From Thermoplasmata archaeon (GTDB taxonomy: Archaea > Thermoplasmatota > Thermoplasmata > Lutacidiplasmatales > UBA184): 64,000 nt of DNA. This document shows positions 38,283 through 47,141 of this stretch, in pieces. The translations under genes and the position numbers were made by a program. The notes below the pieces were generated by a model, which was not told the origin of the DNA, ran no database searches, and worked only from the letters and a program-made list of their open reading frames with translations. Location: NCBI GenBank assembly GCA_027315165.1, contig DAHUYN010000004.1, positions 15,517 through 79,516 on the forward strand, written 5' to 3'. Within the stretch, counting starts at the first letter, position 1. The number at the start of each line of letters is the position of its first letter.

Positions 38283-40699
38283 AGGTCCGGGGCGACCGAG
38301 TCGCGTTCGGGGGACCCGGGATCGCCCCGCGCTGGAGCCACGGCAACAAGGAGGGGGTCGGGACCGCCTATTCGCAGGACAGCCGGCTCTGGTACACGCT
38401 GCATCGAGGGATCGTCACCGAGGTCTACTACCCCCTGATCGACCATCCGCAGACCCGCGACCTCCAGTTCCTCGTGACCGACACCGAGGGCCGTTTCCAG
38501 GAGGAGCGGCATCAGCTCGATACCCACATCGAGCGCATGACCGACCACACCCTCGGCTACCGTCTCGAGAACCGGGACCCTAGCGGGCGCTACACGATCT
38601 TCAAGGAGGTGATCGGCGCGCCCCACCTCCCGTGCCTGCTCCAGCGGAGCCGCCTCGAGGACCACCGTCCCGGCGGGCCGCCGCTCTCGTTGTACCTCCT
38701 CGCCGCCCCGCACCTCGACGTCGGAGGCTACGGCAACAACGCCTACGTCATCGAGATGCCCGGCCGAACGCTCCTCGCGGCGGAGCGGAACGGCACCTGG
38801 CTCGCCCTCGGGGCGAGCGTCCCGTTCCGCGCGAGCTCCGTCGGCTACGTCGGCGCGTCGGACGGCTGGACCGATCTCAACGCGCACCGGGCACTGACCT
38901 GGCAGTTCGACCGCGCCCCCGAGGGTAACACCGCCCTCGTGGCCGAGCTCGAGATGACTCCCGGGACCGAGTTCACCGTCGGACTCGCCTTCGGTCGCGG
39001 GCTCCCGCACGCCGTGGCGGCGCTCCTCGAGGCGCTCCGACTGCCCTATAGCGAGCACCGGAGCCGCTTCCGCGCCCAGTGGGACCGTGTGAGCCACCGA
39101 CTCAAGCCGCTCAAGGACCGCTCGCACGACGAGGGGAACCTCCTCCACTCGAGCTACAGCCTCCTGCTCGCCCACGAGGACAAGACGTTCCCCGGTGCGT
39201 TCGTCGCCTCCCTCTCGATCCCGTGGGGCCACGCCAAGAGCGACAACGACCGGGGCGGCTACCACCTCGTGTGGACGCGCGACCTCGTCCAGATCGCCCT
39301 CGGACTCCTCGCGGCCGGCGACGAGGTGACACCGCTGCGGACGCTCGCCTACCTGATGGCGAGCCAGGGCGCGGACGGGGGGTTCCCGCAGAACTTCTGG
39401 CTCGATGGAACCCCGTACTGGACGGGCGTGCAGCTCGACGAGGTCGCGTTCCCGATCCTGCTGGCCTTCCGGCTGCACCGGGCGAGAGCGCTCGGAGAGC
39501 TCGACCCCTACCCGATGGTCCTGGCGGCCGCGAGATTCCTCCTGACGCGGGGCCCCGCGACGCAGCAGGACCGATGGGAGGAGGTCGGCGGCTACTCGCC
39601 GTCGACGCTTGCGATCGTCACGACGGCGCTCCTGGGCGTCGGCGCGATGGCGCGCGAGCGCGGCGACAGCGCCTCGGCCGCGCTCGTCGAGGGCTACGCG
39701 GACTTTCTCGAGGCGCACGTCGAGCGGTGGACGGTCACGAATCGCGGCACGCTCGTCCCGGGCATCTCCCGACACTACGTTCGCATCCTCCCGATCGACC
39801 GGGGCGACCCCTCCCCCGATGAGGATCTCGAGTCCGCGGTCGTGCGTCTCGAGAACCTTCCGCCCGGTCACGCGACGGAGTTCCCGGCGCGCGAGATCGT
39901 CGACGCCGGCTTTCTCGAGCTCGTACGATACGGTCTCCGGCGTCCCGACGACCCGTTGGTCGTCGACTCCCTCCGGGTCGTCGACGCGCTCCTGCGCGTC
40001 GAGACCCCCGAGGGAGCCGCCTGGCGGCGCTATCCGCATGACGGCTACGGCGATCGCGACGACGGATCCGCCTACGACGAGTGGGGCGTCGGCCGGGCCT
40101 GGCCCCTCCTCACGGGCGAGCGGGGCCACTACGAGCTCGCTCGAGGCGCCGACCCGTCCCCGTACCTCCGCGCCCTCGAGCGCTTCGCCGGCTCCACCGG
40201 TCTCCTGTCCGAGCAGGTCTGGGACGGGGACGACCTGCCCGCCGTGCATCTGTGGCGGGGTGGCCCGACGGGGTCGGCCCGACCTCTCGCCTGGGCGCAC
40301 GCGGAGTACCTCAAGCTGCTGCGGTCGGCGCACGACGGCCACGTCTTCGACCGCCTCCCCGAGGTCCACGACCGATACCGGTCCCCGCGGCGGCGCGGGC
40401 GCTCGGAGGAGTTCTGGACCGCGGCGAGGGCCCCGAAGGCGGTCGACGCGGGCGCTCGCCTGTGGATCGTCGCGGAGGAGCCGTTCCGGCTCCACGCCTC
40501 GACCGACGATTGGGGCCACGTCCTCGACACCGACAGCGTCGAGGCCCCGCTCGGCCTCCACTACGTGAGGCTCGACGAGATGCCGGCGGCGGGGGGCCGC
40601 CTCGATTTCACGCGACGCTGGCTCCGGACGGGAGCCTGGGAGGGCACGGACCACGCCGTCGAGGTCGTCGCACCCCCCGTCGTCGCATCCCGCCTCTAG
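38279..40699 (+). CDS. Glucoamylase / glucodextranase, GH15 with an N-terminal beta-sandwich domain
   Basis: TTG start giving LKVRGDRVAFGGPGIAPRWSHGNKEGVGTAYS...LWYTLHRGIVTEVYYPLIDHPQTRDLQFLV, which is the bacterial/archaeal glucoamylase N-domain. The catalytic (alpha/alpha)6 domain carries ...GGYHLVWTRD... and ...WEEVGGYSPSTLA.... 806 aa. Confidence 0.8.
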   Translation: MKVRGDRVAFGGPGIAPRWSHGNKEGVGTAYSQDSRLWYTLHRGIVTEVYYPLIDHPQTRDLQFLVTDTEGRFQEERHQLDTHIERMTDHTLGYRLENRDPSGRYTIFKEVIGAPHLPCLLQRSRLEDHRPGGPPLSLYLLAAPHLDVGGYGNNAYVIEMPGRTLLAAERNGTWLALGASVPFRASSVGYVGASDGWTDLNAHRALTWQFDRAPEGNTALVAELEMTPGTEFTVGLAFGRGLPHAVAALLEALRLPYSEHRSRFRAQWDRVSHRLKPLKDRSHDEGNLLHSSYSLLLAHEDKTFPGAFVASLSIPWGHAKSDNDRGGYHLVWTRDLVQIALGLLAAGDEVTPLRTLAYLMASQGADGGFPQNFWLDGTPYWTGVQLDEVAFPILLAFRLHRARALGELDPYPMVLAAARFLLTRGPATQQDRWEEVGGYSPSTLAIVTTALLGVGAMARERGDSASAALVEGYADFLEAHVERWTVTNRGTLVPGISRHYVRILPIDRGDPSPDEDLESAVVRLENLPPGHATEFPAREIVDAGFLELVRYGLRRPDDPLVVDSLRVVDALLRVETPEGAAWRRYPHDGYGDRDDGSAYDEWGVGRAWPLLTGERGHYELARGADPSPYLRALERFAGSTGLLSEQVWDGDDLPAVHLWRGGPTGSARPLAWAHAEYLKLLRSAHDGHVFDRLPEVHDRYRSPRRRGRSEEFWTAARAPKAVDAGARLWIVAEEPFRLHASTDDWGHVLDTDSVEAPLGLHYVRLDEMPAAGGRLDFTRRWLRTGAWEGTDHAVEVVAPPVVASRL

Positions 40700-40760
40700 C
40701 GCGACCCTCGGGCCGCCGCGCTCGCGGCGCGATCGCCCCTTCGACGGGTCGACGTTCGCG

Positions 40761-42158
40761 TCAGAGGAGCGATACGATCGGCTTCCCCTGCATCCGCTCC
40801 GGGAGCTCGAGCCCCATCCGCTTGAGGATCGTCGGCCCCATGTCGAGGATCGACTCCTCGCCGACCCGGCCTCGCGGCGCCCGTCCCGGCTCCGACATCA
40901 GGTAGATCCCGTCGAAGGAGTGGACGGAGTCGTCCGGTCCCGTGTCGTTCTCCGTGAGGAACAGGCTGTTGTGGCCGAGGGTTCCGGCGGACCGCCACTT
41001 GAGGTTGGCGAAGTAGACCATGAGGTCGGGCGCGTCGCCCTGGACCTCCCGATAGATCTTCGCGGGCGCGCGGACGTCCGGCCGGAGGGGCTGGCCGTTG
41101 GGCAGCGTGACCTCGGAGAGCTGCGTCGTGATCCGCTGCGTGATCGCCGGGATCTGGAAGGAGGGCAGGATCCCCTCGGGCTCGCGTCCCTTCACGTTGA
41201 AGAAGATGCGGGCATAGTAGCCGCCCGCGCCCCAGGCCGTCGTCTTGGACCAGTCGACCGAGAGCTTCTCGATCGGCGTCCCCCGCGCCGGGGCCGGAGC
41301 CTTGAGGGCGAGGTAGCCCTTCTGAATGAGCCATTCGTTGATGCAGAAGCAGCCGTCCATCGCCATGCTCCCGTGGTCCGACAGCACGAACGTCGTCACG
41401 TCGTCGCCGACGAGCTCGAGGAGCTTTCCGATCTCCTCGTCGAGCATCGTGTAGTAGCGGTCGACGAGGGCCCGGTACGAGGGGACGTCCTCGTAGCGCG
41501 GGTGGGTCGTGTCGAAGAACTTCCAGAAGGTGTGGTGGATGCGGTCCGGCCCGATCTCGTGGAGCGCGAAGAGGTCCCAAGGCTCCTTCTTCCACAGGTG
41601 GCGCGCGACGGCCCATCGCTTCTGCGTCATGTCGATGAGCTCGTTCCCGATCCTCTCCCGGTCCTCGGCCCGGAACGTGACGTCGAACTCGTAACCGCCC
41701 GCGACGCCGAGGATCTCGGGGATGAGCGAGGCCGGGGTCGCGAAGTCCTTCGCCCCGTCCGGCGTGAGGAAGTCGGAGATGTAGACGCCGTTGAGGGTGG
41801 GCGGCGGGTACCCGGGGGGCATCCCGATGACGCAGACCCGCTTGCCGGCGCGCGAGAGCAGTTCCCAGGCCGGCGGGTGCGGCAGCATCTGGGGCGTGGG
41901 CGAGTAGGTGTCCCAATAGGTCCCCGGCCTTCGGTGACGGAACCCGTAGATCCCGAGAGAACCCGGGTCCATTCCCGTGAACATGACGGCCCAGGCGGGC
42001 ACCGTGATCGGCGGGTCGCAGCTTCGCAGGACGCCGTAGCTCGCGCGAGCCATGAGCGCCCTCATGTGGGGCATCTTGGGGAGGAACTTGTCGTAGAGCA
42101 GCTCGGGAGGCATCGAGTCGAGCCCCAGCACCAGCGTGCGCGCCTTCGGGTCGGCCAT
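40761..42158 (-). CDS. Alkaline-phosphatase-superfamily type I phosphodiesterase / nucleotide pyrophosphatase-like protein
   Basis: MADPKARTLVLGLDSMPPELL start. Metal-site-like TVPAWAVMFTG and VLSDHGSMAMD. 465 aa. Confidence 0.75.
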   Translation of the reverse strand: MADPKARTLVLGLDSMPPELLYDKFLPKMPHMRALMARASYGVLRSCDPPITVPAWAVMFTGMDPGSLGIYGFRHRRPGTYWDTYSPTPQMLPHPPAWELLSRAGKRVCVIGMPPGYPPPTLNGVYISDFLTPDGAKDFATPASLIPEILGVAGGYEFDVTFRAEDRERIGNELIDMTQKRWAVARHLWKKEPWDLFALHEIGPDRIHHTFWKFFDTTHPRYEDVPSYRALVDRYYTMLDEEIGKLLELVGDDVTTFVLSDHGSMAMDGCFCINEWLIQKGYLALKAPAPARGTPIEKLSVDWSKTTAWGAGGYYARIFFNVKGREPEGILPSFQIPAITQRITTQLSEVTLPNGQPLRPDVRAPAKIYREVQGDAPDLMVYFANLKWRSAGTLGHNSLFLTENDTGPDDSVHSFDGIYLMSEPGRAPRGRVGEESILDMGPTILKRMGLELPERMQGKPIVSLL

Positions 42159-42267
42159 CGAGAGGGGCCGGCCACACTACGGTTAAAAACCTGACTCCGG
42201 CGGCAGCAGTCCGGGGTGGCGCGCGCATACGAGGGCGCGCTCGCTCGGACCCGAGCGCACCCGCCCC

Positions 42268-42777
42268 TCAGTCCATCTGACGGCGGAAGCGCTCCTCGAG
42301 CTCGCTCGCGAACCGCTTGAGCCGGTCGGCCCGGTCGGGATGGCTCGGATGGACGACCAGCTCGGCTACCTGGGCGCCGTGCCGAAGCGTCAGCCGCTCC
42401 TCGTCGGGGAGCCGCTCGTCGGGGCTCCCGTTCCAGCTGAGCCCACGGATCGACAGGCGGCGTCGAGGAAGATCCGGGTCGCGAACGATGAGGTACAGGT
42501 GCCCCCAGTGCTCCGCCCCTCGAAGCGGGATGCGCTCGAGCACGGCCCGCTTCCACGCCCGGACCCCCTCGGGCAGGTCGGTGAGCTCCCACCACGGGGA
42601 CAGGTACACGAGCGCGTACCGCTCGTACTCGAGCGCCCCGCGGATCGCCAGATCGAGGTAGCCGAGCATCATCGTCGGAGGCACGGGCGACGAGGAGGAC
42701 GACGTCTCGGTGCGCGCCGCTCCCCCGCCGGCGCCTCCGCGTTCCGGTAGGGGCTCCTCCTCAGGCATTCCCGGCAC
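42268..42777 (-). CDS. Hypothetical protein
   Basis: 169 aa. The likely real start is the internal MMLGYLDLAIRG. Natural composition. Confidence 0.4.
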   Translation of the reverse strand: MPGMPEEEPLPERGGAGGGAARTETSSSSSPVPPTMMLGYLDLAIRGALEYERYALVYLSPWWELTDLPEGVRAWKRAVLERIPLRGAEHWGHLYLIVRDPDLPRRRLSIRGLSWNGSPDERLPDEERLTLRHGAQVAELVVHPSHPDRADRLKRFASELEERFRRQMD

Positions 42778-43005
42778 ACAACCGGGTTCACCTCTTGAGC
42801 CTAGTCAACGAGAAAGACGGCCCGCCCTTCACGGGGAATGAAGGGTGGAGCGAGCGAGTGGCGGACGTCCGCACCATGGGGCTTGGACCCCGTCGCTAGT
42901 CTGCCCGCCGTCGACCCGTTGTCCTGGGGTTCGCCCCCGAAGAGGAGTTTGTCGGGTTCTGCCCGCACGCTCCACCCTGACCACCACCGAGGAGGAGGTG
43001 ATCGG

Positions 43006-43242
43006 GTGTACGTAGGCATCGATGCCCATCAACGCGACTGTCACGCCACCGTGCTGAACGACGCCGGGGAGACCGTTTCGACGGCCCGCTTTCCGACAAC
43101 CCCGAAGGCGCTCACCCAGTGGGCGGAGAGACTTCCGAAGGGATCAGTGCTCGCCCTCGAGGCGAGCACCGTGGGCCCCGTCCGACCCTGGGGGTCACCA
43201 CAAGCCAGCACTCTCCGCGAACGCTGCGGCCAGCCCCTCTAA
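43006..43242 (+). pseudogene. IS110-family transposase, N-terminal (DEDD) fragment, truncated
   Basis: A GGAGGAGGTGA RBS-like run, then GTG and VYVGIDAHQRDCHATVLNDAGETVSTARFPTTPKALTQWAERLPKGSVLALEASTV (the IS110 N-terminal signature). It diverges after EASTVG and stops at 43240-43242. Confidence 0.6.
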
Positions 43243-43371
43243 CCGTCCTTCACTCGACGCCGGCCCTTTGGTTCCTCCGCGTCGCCCTCATGGCTTTGAC
43301 GTGTACCCCGCCGGGTTGCACCGGGTGAGGGGTGCGCGGAGAGGGTGGTTCGGCCATGGGTCCAGCTCCGG

Positions 43372-44385
43372 TCATGCTTCCTTTTTCATCTTCTTCGAGA
43401 GCTCCGCGGGCGCGAGGTAGTTCAGCGAGGAGTGCGAGCACTCCTCGTTGTAGTGGCGTGGCGATGTCACCAGATGGTCTCGGGTTTCCGTGAACGGCCT
43501 CGGTGGGGGCGTCCAGAGGTAGTCCATCTTGAGGTGACCGTGGTAGCTCTCGATCATCCCGTTGTCCTCCGGCCTCTTCTTGCGGATCGCCTCCACCTCG
43601 ATCCCCCCCACCTTCATGCTCTCCCGGAACACGTGTGCGATGAACTGGCTCCCGGCGTCCGACCGCAGGACCACCCCGTCGGCGCGCAGGCACCGAGGGA
43701 ACTCCCGAGCGACCGCCGCCAGGACCACGTCGATGGCCTCGGTCGCCCCGCAGTTCGGGAGGAAGCTGTACGCCAGCACCTCGCGCGTGCAGCCGTCGAG
43801 GATCGAGGTCAGCGGGCACGGACCCCGATCGGTGGTGTCGATGTAGGTGAGGTCGGTGTACCATTTCTGGTTCGGTCGATCCGCCTCGAGGACTCCCGTC
43901 GATGGAAGACGAGGGCGAGGGAAGTGGGCCGGTCGGAGGAGCCGCTCTTCCTTCATCAGCCGGTAGACCCGCTTGCGGTTGATTGTGCGACCCTCGCGCC
44001 GGAGCATCGCCCATACCCGACGGTGACCGTACGTCACCAGCTGGAGGGCGACCCGACGGACTGCGGTCCGGGTCTCGGCCTCGTCCGGCCATCGGTGCGC
44101 GACATGAGGCCGAGGTGCACAGTAGAGGGCCCGACGAGAGATCCCGGACATCCGGGTGGCCCTCGAGAGGGAGCTGATCCCGCGCTCCCGCATCGTGGTC
44201 ACGAGCTCCCTCCGTCGTTTTTTCCCACGGTGCCCTCCAGGTGCTACCGGAGGACGTCGTTGGCGATTGCGTAATCGGCGACGAGCTTCTTCAGACGCGA
44301 GTTCTCGTGTCGGAGGGCGGTCCCCGCGCTGCCCTCGCGGTTCTTCAGTCCGACCTTCATCCCGGTGAGGGCCTTTTGCTTCCAC
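43372..44385 (-). CDS. IS3-family transposase OrfB (integrase core, rve domain)
   Basis: DDE triad context: QKWYTDLTYI, VLRSDAGSQF, EDNGMIESYHGHLK. Confidence 0.85.
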   Translation of the reverse strand: MEAKGPHRDEGRTEEPRGQRGDRPPTRELASEEARRRLRNRQRRPPVAPGGHRGKKRRRELVTTMRERGISSLSRATRMSGISRRALYCAPRPHVAHRWPDEAETRTAVRRVALQLVTYGHRRVWAMLRREGRTINRKRVYRLMKEERLLRPAHFPRPRLPSTGVLEADRPNQKWYTDLTYIDTTDRGPCPLTSILDGCTREVLAYSFLPNCGATEAIDVVLAAVAREFPRCLRADGVVLRSDAGSQFIAHVFRESMKVGGIEVEAIRKKRPEDNGMIESYHGHLKMDYLWTPPPRPFTETRDHLVTSPRHYNEECSHSSLNYLAPAELSKKMKKEA

Positions 44386-44510
44386 TCATAGAACGCTGTG
44401 GAGCTGATGCCGTGACGCCGACAGATCTCGGAGACGTTCGCTCTGGGTTGGAGGCCTTCCAGGACGACCTGGAGCTTCTCCTCGGTCGACCAGACCTTGC
44501 GGGTCGTCAT
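44244..44510 (-). CDS. IS3-family transposase OrfA (HTH / leucine-zipper)
   Basis: MTTRKVWSTEEKLQVVLEGL...ISSTAFYEWKQK...LKKLVADYAIANDVLR. It overlaps orfB by 142 nt with orfB in the -1 frame. Confidence 0.75.
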   Translation of the reverse strand: MTTRKVWSTEEKLQVVLEGLQPRANVSEICRRHGISSTAFYEWKQKALTGMKVGLKNREGSAGTALRHENSRLKKLVADYAIANDVLR

Positions 44511-44730
44511 GGATACCCCGGAGGCCGGCACGAAGCCGGCAGCCCTCTTTGAGGTTCGGTCTCCCCCCAGACCCTCCTCAGCCACCCGGGCAGGTCCAAC
44601 CTACGTACGTGTGCAGTTCTGCAGGGGTACGCGCCAGCTTCCCTGCGCTCGGCCGGGCCGGTCCCTCGGTGCTTTGAACCCTTATGAACGGCTCGGGATA
44701 GGAGCGGGTCGACGTTGCGTCGGGGGGAGG

Positions 44731-45201
44731 CTACGCCGGAGTCGTCGAAATGACGACTTCCCCTACGAGATTGAACGTCCCTGCGACCGAGGGCGTCTGG
44801 ATTGTTACAACAACTGCTTGGCAGCCCAAGCACGCCTCGCCGAATGGTGCCACGCCCGTCACAGAAAACGGTGCACCTACAGACGCATTCGCAATCGTCG
44901 CCAGGACATACTGGCCGCCTGCAGCATGCTGCGGCTGCGTCTGTCCAATCAGGGTGCAGTTGAACAATGCTCCCGGGGGGAAATCCAACGGCCCGGTCGC
45001 GTAGCAGGTGCCCGAAAGAGCCGGGAACACGAGCCCTGTCGAGTTTACCGAGACGGCCCAGACCGGGGTCCACGAGAGACTGGATACCGTCATAGAACCG
45101 GGCGATTCCGCAACGTGCTGTGCGCTGAGGATGACTAGGATCACGACCGCGCTAGCGGCGAAGCCGCCGCCAATGCCCGTCATTGTGGAGCTCCTCGGCA
45201 T
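44731..45201 (-). CDS. Small secreted Cys-containing hypothetical protein (cargo between the IS fragments)
   Basis: Signal peptide MTGIGGGFAASAVVILVILSAQHVAES. Local GC is lower. A TATA-like ATTTAGCTACTATGG lies about 35 nt upstream. A same-locus plus-strand ORF is a less likely alternative. Confidence 0.4.
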   Translation of the reverse strand: MPRSSTMTGIGGGFAASAVVILVILSAQHVAESPGSMTVSSLSWTPVWAVSVNSTGLVFPALSGTCYATGPLDFPPGALFNCTLIGQTQPQHAAGGQYVLATIANASVGAPFSVTGVAPFGEACLGCQAVVVTIQTPSVAGTFNLVGEVVISTTPA

Positions 45202-45276
45202 GTCCCTCAGGCCCCTTAGCTCACGTCCATAGTAGCTAAATCGCCTCGCCTCTAGTTGAACAATTGGTGGCCCCGC

Positions 45277-45480
45277 CTATGGATACCTGTAGCCGGAGCT
45301 TACGGTAGTCCCGACGCTGAACTCCGGATGGCCAGAAACCTCGGGGCCCCAGAATGAGGTAGCGAGGCGGTAGGTGTGCCACGAGCCGCTCCACCAGTAC
45401 GGCATAGTAGCGTTGAATGTCCCTATCGGGCCGGACAGCCCCACATACGACGGCGACCCCTGGGCTGAGTTCGTAGACAT
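45277..45480 (-). CDS. Small hypothetical Trp/Tyr-rich protein (67 aa)
   Basis: MSTNSAQGSPSYVGLSGPIGTFNATMPYWWSGSWHTYRLATSFWGPEVSGHPEFSVGTTVSSGYRYP. This is the only non-junk segment of a long shadow ORF. Confidence 0.25.
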   Translation of the reverse strand: MSTNSAQGSPSYVGLSGPIGTFNATMPYWWSGSWHTYRLATSFWGPEVSGHPEFSVGTTVSSGYRYP

Positions 45481-45546
45481 ATTCCAAATCAAAGCGGGTC
45501 CGCTTTGAAGCGGTTGCCCGTAGAAGCTGACCAAGGGCTCCTCTAG

Positions 45547-46131
45547 CTGGCCCAACTCGACCTCCCGGGGAAGCAGATCGAGGAGGTCGAGGGGCAGCTG
45601 GTCCAGCTCGGGGTCGACGACCCGGCGGTCCAGAGGCTGATGACGCTCCCTGGGCTCGACTTCTATTCGGCGCAGGTGATTCTCGAGGAGATCGGGGACA
45701 TCACACGGTTCCCGACGGAGAGGCACCTCTCGAGCTACGCGGGGCTGGTGCCGCGCGTGATGCAGAGCGGAAACACGCTGCGCATGGGCCGGATCCACAA
45801 GCAGGGACCCCGAGCCCTTCGGTGGATTCTCACGACGTGCGCCCACGCAGCGGTGAAGGCCCCCGGGAAGTTCCAGCGGCTCTTCCGGCGGTGGGAGAAG
45901 CGGCTCGGGAAGGGGAAGGCGATCGTGGCCGTGGCGCATCGGATGATCGAGGTCATCTTCGCGCTCCTCGCACGCAACGAGGCGTACTCGGAGGAGCGGG
46001 CGGAGAAGACCCACGCCAAGATCGTCCGGATGAGAAGCCGGGCGCGAGCGCTGCCGGCTCGCGACCCTGAGACACGATGGAACGCGCTCGGCGCCGAGGC
46101 CCAGCAAGTACTAAGAGGAGCGAGAGGATGA
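45547..46131 (+). pseudogene. IS110-family transposase, C-terminal fragment (no start; begins right after an in-frame TAG)
   Basis: LAQLDLPGKQIEEVEGQLVQL...LPGLDFYSAQVILEEIGDITRFPTERHLSSYAGLVPRVMQSGN...RWILTTCAHAAV is the IS110 C-terminal domain signature. Confidence 0.7.
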
Positions 46132-46222
46132 CCGCCCGTCAGCGGGCAGGACCGCTTTCAGAGGAGTGCCGGGGGCCCGAACGCTTCCGGCCCCGCATCG
46201 GCTCCCCCGAAGGCCTTAAGCA

Positions 46223-46233
46223 CCACATATGTA
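46223..46233. repeat. 11-mer CCACATATGTA (copy 1), followed by the palindrome ATGCATATGCAT, immediately upstream of vapB
   Basis: The same 11-mer recurs at 47719-47729, and again as CCACATATGT at 47731-47740. Confidence 0.3.
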
Positions 46234-46244
46234 GATGCATATGC

Positions 46245-46457
46245 ATGTCGTCGAGGAACATCGCCGTTCGCAAGGACGTCTACGACGCACTTCGCCGGGA
46301 GAGACGACCGAACGAGAGCTTCACGAAGGCCCTCCTTCGGCTGCTCAACCAGAGGGGGCCGCTCGACGACCTTGTCGGCGTCTGGCCCGAGAAGGCGCCT
46401 GCCTCAGAACACCGGCTCCTGGCGGCCTCGAGGGTCGTTACGGGCGGTCGACGATGA
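46245..46457 (+). CDS. vapB: Type II antitoxin, VapB-like (archaeal putative-antitoxin family)
   Basis: MSSRNIAVRKDVYDALRRERRPNESFTKALLRLL is the archaeal VapB-type signature. A 4-nt ATGA overlap with vapC. Confidence 0.7.
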   Translation: MSSRNIAVRKDVYDALRRERRPNESFTKALLRLLNQRGPLDDLVGVWPEKAPASEHRLLAASRVVTGGRR

Positions 46458-46864
46458 AGGCGCTCGACACCCCTGCGCTGCTCGAGATCCTTCGAGGGCG
46501 CCCGCCCGCGAAGGCGCTCCTCCGGTCGCTCGCCGGCGAGGAGCTCGCGACGACGGAGCTGAACCTCTACGAGCTCGACAGCCTCGCCCGCATCGAGGGA
46601 CCTCGAGGCCTCGAGCGGCGCCTCACGGCGATCGAGAGGCTCCGCCGCCGCCTCACGACCCTCCCGATCGACGAGCGGGCCACGCGGGCCGCCGCCGCGG
46701 TCTCGAGAGGGCACCGACGGGGCAACGCTCGTGAGCTGTCCCTCATGCTCGGAGCCGCGGTCGCCGCCGGGTGCTCCGAGTGGATCACGACCCGGTCGCT
46801 CGCGCCGACTGAGATGCCTGGGCACCTCAAACTGAGGCTGGTCGGCCAAAGGGCCACTACGTAG
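46454..46864 (+). CDS. vapC: PIN-domain toxin VapC
   Basis: MKALDTPALLEIL (LDT..L), acidic residues at ELNLYELD, PIDERAT, LMLGAAVAAGCSEWITT. 136 aa. Confidence 0.8.
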   Translation: MKALDTPALLEILRGRPPAKALLRSLAGEELATTELNLYELDSLARIEGPRGLERRLTAIERLRRRLTTLPIDERATRAAAAVSRGHRRGNARELSLMLGAAVAAGCSEWITTRSLAPTEMPGHLKLRLVGQRATT

Positions 46865-47141
46865 TGCCTATTGCGTAACTCACACTCCTACGATAGCTAT
46901 GTCGGACAAACGGAGCGCGTTTGTCAGAGGAAACGGGCGGAAACGGCCCCCGGGCGCGTTTTCGCAGGGGAGGGGCCTACCAGGGGCCTCGACGGTCGGA
47001 TCGGTGGTTGTACTAAAGAAGGGAGTCACAGCATCGATAGATACGTTCCTGACAAGGCCCAGTAGCCCATCTCACGCACTCACCTGTCGCGTAGGGCTCT
47101 CGAGCAGAAGCCGCCGAGCGCCTGCCTCTCCTCGAGAAGTG

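Larger units (their letters stand above)
43290..44620 (-). mobile_element. IS3-family insertion sequence (orfA plus orfB), inserted between the two IS110-family transposase fragments
   Basis: HTH orfA and rve-domain orfB overlap in the -1 frame. Weak imperfect terminal inverted repeats beginning TGACGTGTAC... at about 43297 and ...GTACGTGTGCA at about 44615. The boundaries are approximate. Confidence 0.65.

Noticed and set aside
43297-44615. Precise IS3 terminal inverted repeats and target-site duplication
   Set aside because: The candidate IRs (TGACGTGTAC... and ...GTACGTGTGCA) match only about 50 percent, and no clear 3-4 bp direct duplication flanks them. The boundaries are therefore given only approximately.
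44750-45004. Plus-strand 84-aa ORF in the cargo region as the real gene instead of the minus-strand 156-aa ORF
   Set aside because: Both have acceptable composition. The minus-strand ORF has a signal peptide and an upstream AT-rich TATA-like box at correct spacing, so it was preferred, with low confidence.
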